A stretch of DNA of 63,188 nt, the filler included, from Octopus bimaculoides (Eukaryota), in the NCBI RefSeq assembly GCF_001194135.2. It is 5 parts of 5 records of this genome, joined end to end, with 100 filler letters (N's around TTAATTAATTAA, not from the genome) between each part and the next. Parts side by side here need not be neighbours in the genome. Positions count along the whole stretch, not along the records: positions 24,132 to 40,716 come from NC_068986.1; positions 40,817 to 61,069 come from NC_068994.1; 3 more parts are not named here. One strand, 5' to 3'. Below, one piece after another: positions 38,355-50,610 of this stretch (positions within the stretch are counted from its first letter, which is position 1; each line of letters opens with the position of its first letter). The notes under the pieces were generated by a model, which did not search any database, was not told the DNA's origin, and was given only the letters and a program-made list of their open reading frames with translations. The position numbers and the translations under genes are program-made.

Positions 38355-39860
38355 ACTATTTTCTCTTTACCAGAGGTTTTGTTGGAACTCCTGGAGTCTT
38401 GCATGCATAGCGGGCTTGCTACCTGTAGCACATAGTACCTTGCTGTTCGTTCTAGTACTTTTCTGATTATTCTGGCCGTGCCAAGGAGGCAAGCTATTGG
38501 CAACAGTTCTACTAAGCACTCTTTTCCAATTTCCTTTATGTTCCTCTTGATGCCTTCTGATACTGTTTCCAAGAACCCTACAACAAATAGTACTATCTTC
38601 ACCTTCTTCATTTTCCATAGCCGGGCAATTTCGTACTTAAGAGGGTTGTATTTTTCTATCATTTTGCCTTCTGCCTTGAATATTCGTGGGTCAAAGGAGC
38701 ATGCAACATCAACTATATAGCATATGTGGTGCATCTTGTCCACCACTACTAGGTCCGGTTTGTTATGCTTTAGCACCTAATCTGTTTGGATTGGAAAATC
38801 CCAGATGATTTTGCTAGTCTCCGACTCCGTCACTGTCTGCGGTCTGTGCTCATACCACGTCTTACCTCTCCCTAGACCCCACTTTGCGCACAGTTTCCAA
38901 TGCTCATTCCTCAGGTAGAACCTCAAGTTCATGGCCAGAGCTTGGTCCTGCGCGGCCAGTATAGTGCTCTCGGTCTCTTTTTTAGGGTGCCTTTCATCAG
39001 CCATTCCCACCTAGTTTTTCCAGCAACTTCTGTTGTGGCCACATGGAATTGATTGTAGTTCCTTCTTGCATAATTCTTCTTCGTGCCCTTGTTGTACATC
39101 TTCCCTTGTTTTACCTTTTTTCTATGCTCTCAATACTCCCTCGTTCCCAATTATCACTAGCAAGGTTTCCTTACTTTGGGTTAGGTATCTCATGAAGCTC
39201 TCGAGTTTCATACGCACGCTGTCTTCCAAACTTATCAATCTCCTTTCTCCATTTGCTCTCTTCATGTATAGGCGATCAGTGTCTGCACGTGGATGACAGG
39301 CTCCATGCATTGTTAGGAGCTTTGTTGACTTCCTATTCATCTCTTTTAGCTTCTCCTCTGCCCACTTCAGGATTCCAACGCCATGCCAAAATCTTGCGAC
39401 TGCGCGCGAGCTTATTGCTGAAATTATGTTTCTGACATTCAGCTTTGATGCCAATATTTTTCTCACTTGTTGCATGTGCTCTCTTTTTGTCGTTTCCTTC
39501 TTGTCGTGGTGTTTGATTCCATCGGCCTCAAGTATTCCCAGGTATTTATCGCTGGAGTGGGGTTGAGTTCCCTTCATCATTTCACCACAAGGCAACCATA
39601 TACCTTCTATCCTGGCAAACGTTCCTCGTCTCATCATCGTCGTAACACATTTTGAGAGTCCAAACTTCATCTTAATATCAATGGAGAAAATCCGCACAAA
39701 CTGAACTAGGTTGTCCAGTTCTACCTTAGATTTTGAGAATAGCTTCAGGTCGTCCATAAATAATAAGTGGTTTAGTTTTCCCTTACCTCTTCCCAGATCA
39801 TACCCCAACTTTGTTTTCTCTAGTATTTCACTCAAGGGGATCATTCGCAGCACGAATGTC
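38355..39860 (-). mobile_element. R4/Dong-clade 5'-truncated copy (RT C-half plus RLE)
   Basis: PLSEIL...LNHLLFMDDLKLF...IKMKFGLSKC...KYLGILE...AAQDQAL...IIWDFPIQTD...HNKPDLVVVD...EKYNPLKYEIARLW. Confidence 0.92.
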
Positions 39861-41376
39861 TTCTCCTAGGAACCCCACATCCCTCATCATCGCACTACGA
39901 ACCTTTGCACTTCAAAACCATGGAAAGAGCATTTTCGGTAAAATTTTGTTTTTAAATTGTTAATATTTTCAGAGGGAAAAGTGAGTGATTTAAGGGCGAT
40001 TTGACTGTTGTTTCTAGCACATCCAAAGGCAACCCTCCTTCTTTCACTCTCGCATATATTGATGTTTTTCAATATTTGTCCCCATAAATACATTTACATA
40101 CTATAAAAAAGAAAATTTGAGAAATTATGAATTGCTTGCAACCCCACTGTCTGCCTCCGGTTGTTTCAGTTCAGAAATTAAAATATTGGAGAGCTTGAGA
40201 AGGTCATTGAGAAGGTCCACAGTGATTTTAAAAAAATTACGGAGATGTACTTGCATAGCAAGTGATATGATCTGAGATCGTGTGCTGATACAAAAACAAT
40301 TGCAGCATGGAAGATGTTTGTAAGCAATTCAAGATCACACGAAACACTTAGTTTCACTTCAATATTTAAAGTTCATTTGTGTCAAAATATTTTCGTCCCT
40401 TTGAAAGCTCAAAAGTGATGCAGCACGAAGTTTTGTCAGTGAACAGGTCGCGGTTTCAAAGCGACGGTGGGGGTAACAAATTTAGATTACAATTTATTTT
40501 GTTATTTTTCTTCCACCAATGGACCACGCGTGTTACTTCGGTATCATCTTTCCATAAAATGTGTTTAATGGGAGAAAAATATTGAAAAAAACATCTCTTC
40601 ATGTGAGAGTGAAATGGGAGGGTGGTTTGGGTTGTGCTAAAACCAACAGTGAAACCTCCCTTGAATAGTTTCATTTAATAAATAATGTTTTTATATTACG
40701 TATACATTAATAGAATNNNNNNNNNNNNNNNNNNNNNNNNNNNNNNNNNNNNNNNNNNNNTTAATTAATTAANNNNNNNNNNNNNNNNNNNNNNNNNNNN
40801 NNNNNNNNNNNNNNNNACACACACACACACACACACACACATTCAAACATGAATAAAAAAGCTGAAATGCAATTTAAGAAAATTTACTCTATGAAAATTT
40901 ATATACAGTTACTTAACTGGTTTAATGAGTTTTACCTTTCTTTCAATTACGAAAAATAATGACATGGGAAGTTGTACCACATGTTTTATGTGACAGTTCC
41001 CAAGATTTCTTAACAATGCATTACGTCTTCAAGTTTTTAGTCTAAGCTTATATGTATAATTGCATATATGCATATGCATATATAAACACTCACACGCCCC
41101 TCCCCACAGATATACACATTGGCCCCTTCCTTCCGGTCACTTCAACATGTGGAACCATTAATACCGACGCGTTTTTTTCCTCTCTCCGTTTTATTGTTTT
41201 TTTTTTCTCTCTCCATTGTTTTTCCATTCATCCCTTTCTGTCAAAGATTTTATCGTTTTTACCGTGCGTCAAATTAATACACCTGGATATTGCTCCCTCT
41301 GTCTTGTGTTTTTGTTTCTTGTACATTTGAACCATACAAAAATACAAACATACATACAAACATTGATACATACAAG

Positions 41377-41415
<39 letters not shown>

Positions 41416-42014
41416 NNNNNNNNNNNNNNNNNNNNNNNNNNNNNNNNNNNNNNNNNNNNNNNNNNNNNNNNNNNNNNNNNNNNNNNNNNNNNNNNNNNNN
41501 NNNNNNNNNNNNNNNNNNNNNNNNNNNNNNNNNNNNNNNNNNNNNNNNNNNNNNNNNNNNNNNNNNNNNNNNNNNNNNNNNNNNNNNNNNNNNNNNNNNN
41601 NNNNNNNNNNNNNNNNNNNNNNNNNNNNNNNNNNNNNNNNNNNNNNNNNNNNNNNNNNNNNNNNNNNNNNNNNNNNNNNNNNNNNNNNNNNNNNNNNNNN
41701 NNNNNNNNNNNNNNNNNNNNNNNNNNNNNNNNNNNNNNNNNNNNNNNNNNNNNNNNNNNNNNNNNNNNNNNNNNNNNNNNNNNNNNNNNNNNNNNNNNNN
41801 NNNNNNNNNNNNNNNNNNNNNNNNNNNNNNNNNNNNNNNNNNNNNNNNNNNNNNNNNNNNNNNNNNNNNNNNNNNNNNNNNNNNNNNNNNNNNNNNNNNN
41901 NNNNNNNNNNNNNNNNNNNNNNNNNNNNNNNNNNNNNNNNNNNNNNNNNNNNNNNNNNNNNNNNNNNNNNNNNNNNNNNNNNNNNNNNNNNNNNNNNNNN
42001 NNNNNNNNNNNNNN

Positions 42015-42059
<45 letters not shown>

Positions 42060-42391
42060 GTGTGTATATGCATATATGTACATATTTAAGTGCATGTATA
42101 TGCGTGTGCGCGTGCCTGCGTGCGTGGTTATATGCATGACAAAGTGGGTTGATTCGCTAGCATTTTCTCTGAACCCATTTTTTCTTCACAACAGGAATCT
42201 ATGATATAAAACATTTGTTAAATTGGTTGGGCTATGAGATCGACCGCGGAACCTCGTGACTCACAAACAAGCATTTTAAACCATTCAATCATTTTCCCAT
42301 ACATATGTTATTGAATATTTGTGGGTTTGACCATCACCATCATCGTGATCGTCTTTAGCATCGTCATGATCATGATCATGATCATGATTAT

Positions 42392-42445
<54 letters not shown>

Positions 42446-42489
42446 AATCGACCCCAAGGCTTTAATGCCTCGTGTCCTAAAACAAATAG

Positions 42490-42700
42490 GGTCAGTCACT
42501 CGGTTTTCATGACATTACCATGAAAGTGACCGAGGTCATAATATTGCTCTTGAATGGGGTATCATTTCGTCACAGAGTTAATCATTTATAACTGCATCGA
42601 CAAGAACAATGTGAAACGAAGTGTTTTGCTCAAAAGCACAACACACCGTGCAGTCCTGGAATCGAAACTACGGTGTTATGATAGCGTGTGCCACAGAAGT
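42490..42700 (-). mobile_element. Diverged CORE-like SINE fragment
   Basis: Minus strand GTTTCGATTCCAGG...TTGTGCTTTTGAGCAAAACACTT. Confidence 0.55.
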
Positions 42701-43157
42701 AGTTTGACTAGTCCACGTGACTAGTTTGGCTATTCGGATATATAATACTCCAGGCAGTTAAATGTTCTTATCTGGTATAATTAAGTCGCTGTCCTCTACA
42801 GAAGCTCCCAATGAGCCAACGACTAAGGGAGAAGTGTAAAAGAATCCATACCATGTCGTAACACTGAAGACAAATAGTTACTTGGAATCTGCAGTATTTT
42901 TAGATAGTCATTCTATGGAAGAGATCTAACGTTTCTATCTCTTAAAATAAGGTCGACTACACACTATGGAAAGGATCTAGCCATAAGAAACAACGCTGGC
43001 TCTCACTAGCGTGTGTTGTGTTCCTGTAGCTGAAACAGCTTTAAAGTGATAAATGTAATTCCGTATTTCATGTCCTGTCGTGATTTATTAGTTACTATCA
43101 AACTGTAGCTAAGTTGTGGTTGATAATAATAATAATAATTATAATAATGGTAGTAGC

Positions 43158-43228
<71 letters not shown>

Positions 43229-43303
43229 CTGTTGTATTATTATTAGTAGTAGTAGTAATAATAATAGTCAAGACGAAGAGTGCGATTTTAGATGTTTTAT
43301 TTA

Positions 43304-43346
43304 TTGAACAATATTTCGACAGAACGTCTGTCTTTCTCAAGTTCAA
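43304..43346 (-). ncRNA. Variant minimal hammerhead ribozyme, second copy
   Basis: Reverse complement reads TTGAAC-TTGAGAA-A-GACAG(acgtt)CTGTC-GAAAT-ATT-GTTCAA, with a 6-bp stem I. Confidence 0.7.
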
Positions 43347-43465
43347 ACCAAAAGGTGATTGAAAATTCAAAATTTCAGAAACCAAACGTAAACTATCAAC
43401 GAGAATATCCTCGTTCATAGTTTACGTTTGCTTTCTGAAATTTTGAATTTTCAATCACCTTTTGG

Positions 43466-43510
43466 TTTGAACTTGAGAAAGACAGACGTTCTGTCGAAAT
43501 ATTGTTCAAA
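43466..43510 (+). ncRNA. Variant minimal hammerhead ribozyme (U3-A8 core, AUU triplet)
   Basis: TTTGAAC-TTGAGAA-A-GACAG(acgtt)CTGTC-GAAAT-ATT-GTTCAAA. Stem I is 7 bp, stem II is 5 bp, stem III is the palindrome AATATT. Predicted cut between 43503 and 43504. Confidence 0.72.
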
Positions 43511-43604
43511 AAATAAAACATCTAAAATCACACTCTTCGTCTTGACTATTTACCTTCATGAAGAGTTACGTCAATCTTTTTTTTTAAATATAGTAATAAT
43601 AATG

Positions 43605-43660
<56 letters not shown>

Positions 43661-43724
43661 TGTATATAAATATAGAGAGAGAGGGGAAAGAGAAGGATAT
43701 TTGCATAAGCATGTATGTGAGCAC

Positions 43725-43768
<44 letters not shown>

Positions 43769-44844
43769 AGTATGTATGTATGTATGTATGTATGTATGTG
43801 TGTATGTATGTATATATAGTGGTATATATACACGCGTACATTTAAAAATGAGGTTTCCCTTCGTTTTCACTTCAAGCTGATTCATTTCATTTTTGTGTGC
43901 TCCTTGAGTCGTTTGAGGTGACAAAAATACTTCCCGAAGAGACACACAGAAATGCGAGAAACCTGGTGTGGCGTCGTTGTAAGCCATCAGTCTGAAGCAA
44001 ATATACTTAGTCGACTTAATGTATGGGGTACTTTTCCAATCATATGAACACTCGAACTTATATATATAAATGTGCATGATCGCATACACACAGGCATATA
44101 TATACATACATACATACACACATATGGTGTTCTTTGTATGTGGTTGGCTTTGTAAAACAAATGACAGTGGACAGCTGCTATCGGAAATGTATTTGATAGT
44201 TACAAGACATTGGTACAGAGAAACATTTTATAATGCCTTCTCTTGGCTTTGCTTTTACAAATATAACACACTTAATGAACTCATTGCTAGCTTCGTCATG
44301 TATGTATGTATGTATGTATGTATGTATTTATGTATGTATGTATGTATGTATATATGTATGTATGTATGTATGCATGCATGCATGTATGTATGTATGTATG
44401 TATGTATATATGTTTGTATGTGTCTGTGTGTTTNNNNNNNNNNNNNNNNNNNNNNNNNNNNNNNNNNNNNNNNNNNNNNNNNNNNNNNNNNNNNNNNNNN
44501 NNNNNNNNNNNNNNNNNNNNNNNNNNNNNNNNNNNNNNNNNNNNNNNNNNNNNNNNNNNNNNNNNNNNNNNNNNNNNNNNTGAACTCATTGCTAGCTTCG
44601 TCATGTATGTATGTATGTATGTATGTATGTATTTATGTATGTATGTATGTATGTATATATGTATGTATGTATGTATGCATGCATGCATGTATGTATGTAT
44701 GTATGTATGTATATATGTTTGTATGTGTCTGTGTGTTTGCCTGAATCCATATATGTATGTATAACTATCAGTCTGTCTAGGTATGTAATATATATATATA
44801 ATATATACATGTAATATATATATATATATGTGTGTGCGTGAAGG

Positions 44845-45140
44845 TGCGTGGACTGGTGATAAGGGTATTCGGCTCACGATCGTGAGTTCGATTCTCAGGC
44901 AGTATGTTGTGTCATTGAGCAAGTCATTTTATTTCATGTCGCTCCGGTCCATTGAGATAGCCATTTTAAAAGACCAGCATTGTCATATTCTGTGTTTAAC
45001 GCTGAGTCCCTCTGAGAACTACATTGAGTATACGCGTGTCTGTGGAGTGCTCAGCCACTTGCACGTTAATTTCACAAACAAGCTGTTCCACTGATCGGGA
45101 TCAGCTGGTAACCTCGTTGTCATAATCGATGGAGTGCCAG
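44845..45140 (+). mobile_element. SINE with a different head and core but the family B 3' tail
   Basis: Head with GAGTTCGATTC and TTGAGCAAGTCA, then GTGTCTGTGGAGTGCTCAGCCACTTGCACGTTAATTTCAC...GGAGTGCC shared with family B. Confidence 0.75.
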
Positions 45141-45167
45141 TTAAATATATATATGTGCACACACACG

Positions 45168-45216
<49 letters not shown>

Positions 45217-46949
45217 TCATATGTATATATATATATATATATCACAGTCTACCACACTGCATTTTGGGGAATACTTAAAACGTAAAGTACATCATGTACC
45301 ATGGAAGTGTTTACACCAAATGTGTTATGCTTTATGGGCAGAAAATGTGGCATCGAACTGGTTATATTTTAGTTAATCTAAAGCTTCAACAGAAAAAGAT
45401 CATCAATTTTCTGACCACGAAGAAATTGTTGGTTATATTTATTGTTTCGCAAACAAATGACTCATCTAAGCCGGATTTCCTAATTTGCATAACTGTGCTA
45501 TATACAATTATTACCTCCTTCCACAGGAGACGAACGTTCTTTTTGTTGTTTCATGACTATGTCCCTACGCAGAGTTGAAACTGATGAAATCTGATAAAAC
45601 TCTTACTTCTCGTTACTGTTATATTGTTTCTCGTTACATCAGTTATAACGGAAAATTTTCTTTAATCAAACACTTTTACAGAGCACCATATGAATTGAGT
45701 CATTGGAAAACAGCATATCTGAATTTTTTCGACGAATTCTTAGACTCAGTCAGTTAAAAGATGAAGATTTGTTTCGCTTGCTAATGACTGGGGCTCACCG
45801 TCAAGCCTGAGTCACGTTGCACATTGCTTAAGGTGTATACAGTGGGTATTGAACTCCAAACCACGTAGCTGGGAAGCGAATATCCGTATCACACAGCCGT
45901 GAACAGGCATGGTTGCGTGATTAATATAGTGATTAGTATACATATATTCAGACACGCGCGCGCGCACACACACTTACGCTCACATACACATACACCCAAA
46001 CACACACACTTACATATATATGTTTCATATATATATATCCATATATATGTAATATATGCATATATATAAATAATACAGAATGGGACAAGAACACAAAACA
46101 TCAAGACAGTTAGGTGTCTCTTATATGTAATATATACATACATACACATACATGTTTACACATCACTCAATGAATTACCATAGAACAAGATCAAAGAAAA
46201 ACACTTTCATTAGCTTACATCCGTTTCTGCTAAAGTAAGCGTATATTTAGAGCTGAGTGCTCAAGCAACACCTTACAGCTTCCTTAGAGCCATTTGAAAG
46301 AACTTATGTGTATAAGTTTGGGTAAATAACTGGCATGCTGCTATAGTACTCCTTTTATGGTATCATCATAGCTACAGTTTTGTACGGAATCAGATTTCAG
46401 TTACTAATCCAACAACCAAGCGTAGCCATTGAATCTCATGTCACAATTCTTGCCTGAAGTCTCACAAGACACTAAATTGCAGATTGTAGCTACTGGTTTA
46501 TCTCAAAAAGAAAGAATTAAAAGATAATTCATTTCTGTTAACTCCTTTCGACAAAATTCTTTATGAACTCACTTCATTAACAAGCCTTCTAGGAATCCTA
46601 AACTTGTTTTCTAAAATTTGCTTTAAGATGAGCAGAAACTTATTTTTGATCTTCCTTTTCACTCAATGTCACATTTGTAGCTGCTGAAAAATTAGTGTTC
46701 AGGTTCATTAGAAGTGAACATATGTTTACCATTACGAAGAAATTAACCGATAAACGTTGTTGTATTTGTATTCTTATCATGACCTCTCTTTCTAGCAAAG
46801 ATCGAATCTTCCTTCAGCTGCCAAAAGGAGGACATTTTTCACGAATATGTCAGTTAAAAAGAGCCATTAAAAAGAGTCATGCCATCAACCAAGGCAGCCC
46901 ATAATGCATCTTGGCAGGAAGTAGCAATTCGTGACGTTCACCAGCACTT

Positions 46950-47540
46950 TAAAAGATTTGATCTCTCCGTTGCGTAGTCTGGGTTCTTGTTGAATGACAA
47001 GGAATTCGAGTGGAGAACTGTGATTTACTCTCCAATAATAGGATCGATTTTAGAATGTCCCTACTCACATAGCTCCTGATCCTAACCTCACCGCCTACCA
47101 CTGTGGCGATCATCGCTGAAACGTCCATCAAAGTACCCAGGGCTTTCTTAAAAGGCAGTGAAATGGCAGTGTTGCTAGGGCTTTGGATAGAATGCCGTGC
47201 GTTGTTTGTCTCGAGTATTTGCTTAGTGAGCTCTGAATTTAAATTCTGTCAAGTTCAATTCCACCTGTTATTATTTCGAGATCTATCAAAAATCTGCGGA
47301 ATTGTGGAATTATTAGTGGATCAGATGAAATGCCTATCTTTCCAAATCTTTGCTTTCTGAATGAATTTCTGCGATGACAATGGTGTCAAGCTGTGTCGAT
47401 CCAAGTCGGCGTCATTTCGTTTGGATGAACGTTGATAACGTGAAGGAGACGGCAACACTGAATTACCCAGGTCTTCAATTTCCTGTACAGATGCACGATC
47501 GATATCAAACAACGGAAGTCCTATCATCACTATTTATAAC
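46950..47540 (-). mobile_element. Highly decayed RTE-like LINE RT C-terminal fragment
   Basis: Residual motifs VQEIEDLGNSV, EMT(R)LGS and AKIWKDRH across frames. Confidence 0.45.
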
Positions 47541-48089
47541 ATTGCTAAACCAAAGTGACTAAAGCAATGATTTAGCATTCTTATTGGAAACGAAACCGGC
47601 GAATTGGTGGAATCTTTATATATATATATGATTAGTAGCGTTACTTCCGACACTTTCCGTTTTGAGTTCAAATCCCGTCGAGGTTGACTCTGGGGGGTCA
47701 ATAAAATAAATATCAGTTGAGCACCGAGATCAATGAAATCAACTAACTTCCTCGCAAGATTGCTGATATTATGCCAAAATTTGAAGCCATTCTTACTGGA
47801 AATTAGTAGAGCCTATAAACGAAACTCTATGGGGAACAATAACACTTTTCGTTGAAGAGAGCTGTCAGAATAATGATGGAGTGGAATTTTAGGGGAATCG
47901 TTCCATACGATAAGTTCCCACCATTGCACTACTGCGGAACAGACATTTTATGAAAGACCTTAATATTCAGTTTCACTAAATAATGAAACGATCTTTAACT
48001 GGATAGCTCTCTCAACCCGGAAAAATTATACTATGACAGTTTATACTAAACCAAACGTACGGGCGAAAGAACGTCTACATTGACACTAA

Positions 48090-48715
48090 TCAACGTTGTT
48101 AATGATTTTGCTCATATCAAACGCTAGGATGATCGAAATGTCTCAATGTCATCTAAAAATTACGTCATTATCTGGAAGATCCGCTCTTCAGAGATTCGAT
48201 CAGATTCTGTCTCCAATAAACAGTAGCGTAACTGGAAGGATGAGGCGGTCCGCACCAAGTGACGATTTTGTGGGGATACATTAGTGTTTGCTGTATAAGA
48301 CTGTATGGCTTTGGAGTCGCGTGAGGCCATGAGTGGGAGAAAACTCAAGAGCAGTTTCAGGTGGCACACTACCTACTCAACATCCAATAGAACGATTTCT
48401 GTTGATGATTGCGGCGAAGTCGAATTGTTGAAGGGTTTCTTTCCGATAGGCTCTGGACAGGTTGATGGCCTTTTCAGCGAAGATTGTCAATCTGGTGTGC
48501 TGAGTGATTGGGATCAGTAGCCATGGGAACCGGGATAGCCTAGCGTCGATTATATTACTGGGCAGGAAATCACAGTCCCAATCACTCGAAATTCTCTGCC
48601 GTTCAACAAAAATCCACAGAATGCAACAGGGTGGTCAAATCTTTCCAAGTGCTGGTGAATGATACGAATTGCTACTTTCAGAGCAGACGCATTATGAGAT
48701 ATATTCAATGAAGAC
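48090..48715 (-). pseudogene. Decayed non-LTR reverse transcriptase fragment (clade uncertain)
   Basis: Minus frame WDCDFLPSNIIDARLSRFPWLLIPI...SIILAFDMSKIINNV resembles RT domains 0-3 (LDMSKAFD). Confidence 0.5.
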
Positions 48716-48827
48716 TTGCGGACAATCATTTGCTTTAAATACGGGCGTAGCACGCCGGACAAAATACTTAATGGCATTTCGTCTGTCCCTATGTTCTGAG
48801 TTCAAATTCTCTCCGATGTCGATTTTA

Positions 48828-49936
48828 TTGGGTTGGCAACTAAGTTCCCGCCGTTTTTATAAATTTTGGAATTTATTGCGTTTTTAAATTTTGGAATCTA
48901 ATGTTTTCGAGAATTCTATTTTTGAATCATTTTGGAATCTATTTTGTTTTTCTAGTAAATTTTAGTTAATTTTTGTTTGTTTTCAGATCATTAAAATGGN
49001 NNNNNNNNNNNNNNNNNNNNNNNNNNNNNNNNNNATGAAAAGCGATTACACCTACCTTTTCACGAAAATTCTCATCAAACGACAAGGGAACTGGCAGAGA
49101 AAATGGAATGCTCCTGCACTGCTATAGAGAAGCATCTTCACTCGATGGGAAAGGTTCAGAAGTATGGAGCATGGGTTCCACATACTTTAAGTGACAACAA
49201 CAAAAATCAACGAGCCACAATCTCTGCTGGTTTGCTTGCTCGTCACCGCTCAACTCATGGACACAAGCAACGATTTCTTTACCGAATCGTTACTGGCGAC
49301 GAAAAATGGTGCCTATATGAAGCAGCGTAAGGAATGGCTTAGCCCCAGTAAACAAACGACACTGCGCGTGAAATAAGATCTTTATTCGCGTAAAACGATG
49401 TTGTACGTACGGTGGGACTGGGAAGGGACTATCCATTACGAATTACTAGAACGGAACCAAACGGTCAACACGGAACTCTATGTTCAATAGCTAGAAACGA
49501 CTCAACACGGTTATTCAAGAGAAAAAACCTAATCGGCAGCATGGAGTTCTTCTGCTGCACGACAATGCCCGCCCTCATATCGCCAATATGACCAGGGAAG
49601 TTATTCAAACGCATGGCTGGGAAATGCTGCCACACCCGCCGTACTCTCCTGATTTGGCATCAACAGATTTCCACTTCTTTCGATCTCTTTCAAATGCTAT
49701 GCGCAGAGTTTAGTTCAATACTGATGCAGAATTGAGAGCTTGGTTGGATCAATTTTTCGAGTCGAAATCGGGTAATTTCTACCAACGAGGTATTGAAAAT
49801 CTTGTTGAACGTGGAAAGAAGTTGTAAACAGTAAGGGTGAATGTATTATTGGTTAATTAGTTGTTATTTTTTTAATTAAACCTTTAAAAAAATTTAAATT
49901 TAAAAAAAACCCGCGGGAACTTAGTTGCCAATCTAA
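48828..49936 (+). mobile_element. Mariner (DD34D) transposon with a defective transposase, inserted in a SINE
   Basis: TIRs TTGGGTTGGCAACTAAGTTCCCGC and its near reverse complement at 49911-49936, with TA target duplications at 48826-27 and 49937-38. Motifs WVPHTL, IVTGDEKW, LLHDNARPH, YSPDLASTD with 34 residues between the last two Asp. Contains stops and frameshifts. Confidence 0.96.
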
Positions 49937-50169
49937 TAATTTTCATCCTTTCGGAGTCGATAAAATAAGTACCAATCAACTAATCTGCTCCCGCAAAATT
50001 TCAGGCCTTGTGCCTTTAGTAGAAATGATTATCTATTTCTTAGCTACTACTTCCCAAATAATAAAAATCAGGCATAGGAGGACAACAAGGAAACATATAA
50101 AAAAATAACAAACGAAACTCCCCAAATGATAATGATAGTAAGTTAATTAGTTTATTATTTTGATAGTCA

Positions 50170-50610
50170 GTTCGATCTTTCTATGCCATGAGTCAGCTAA
50201 GGCTGCAATACGATCTCTCCAGCTAGTTCTGTTTTCTGTCACTGTTCTGGTCTCATTCCATGCTTCTTCATCCTTCTCATTTCCTTCTCTTGCCAATAGT
50301 CCTTCACCATGTGATTTTAAGGCTGTTTGCTGCTGCTCTTTTCTTCTCAGGCTGTCACTTCAGTGCCACCATAGAATCTCTTTCTCGATCTTGTCTGAGG
50401 TTGTGCCCGATCCAGCCCCAGCCTCTTATTTCGTCACTAATTCTGTTGCTGCTCGTTCTCGTATCTAATTGCGTCATTTCGGATATCTTCGCAGTCCCAC
50501 TCAAATTTCGTTATCTAAGCCTCCCCAATCAAGTCTTCTTCATTTCGACGGAAAGAGACATTGTGATGAGTGTCCCTCGCAATATTTCTCACATAGCTAC
50601 TTCCGAGAAG
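50170..50610 (-). mobile_element. RTE-clade LINE 3' end, decayed
   Basis: Minus frames give WGWIGHNLRQD...ALK*QPEKK and RTVTENRTSWRDRIAALADSWH, typical of an RTE C-terminus. Confidence 0.72.

Larger units (their letters stand above)
43263..43550. repeat. 288-bp near-perfect palindrome with hammerhead-bearing arms
   Basis: Arms of about 140 bp with about 4 mismatches around a 6-nt loop AATATC (43404-43409), flanked by (TAG)n/(AAT)n tracts. Confidence 0.95.

Noticed and set aside
44275-44738. Identical ~155-bp blocks on both sides of a gap
   Set aside because: This is most likely an unmerged contig overlap rather than a real duplication.
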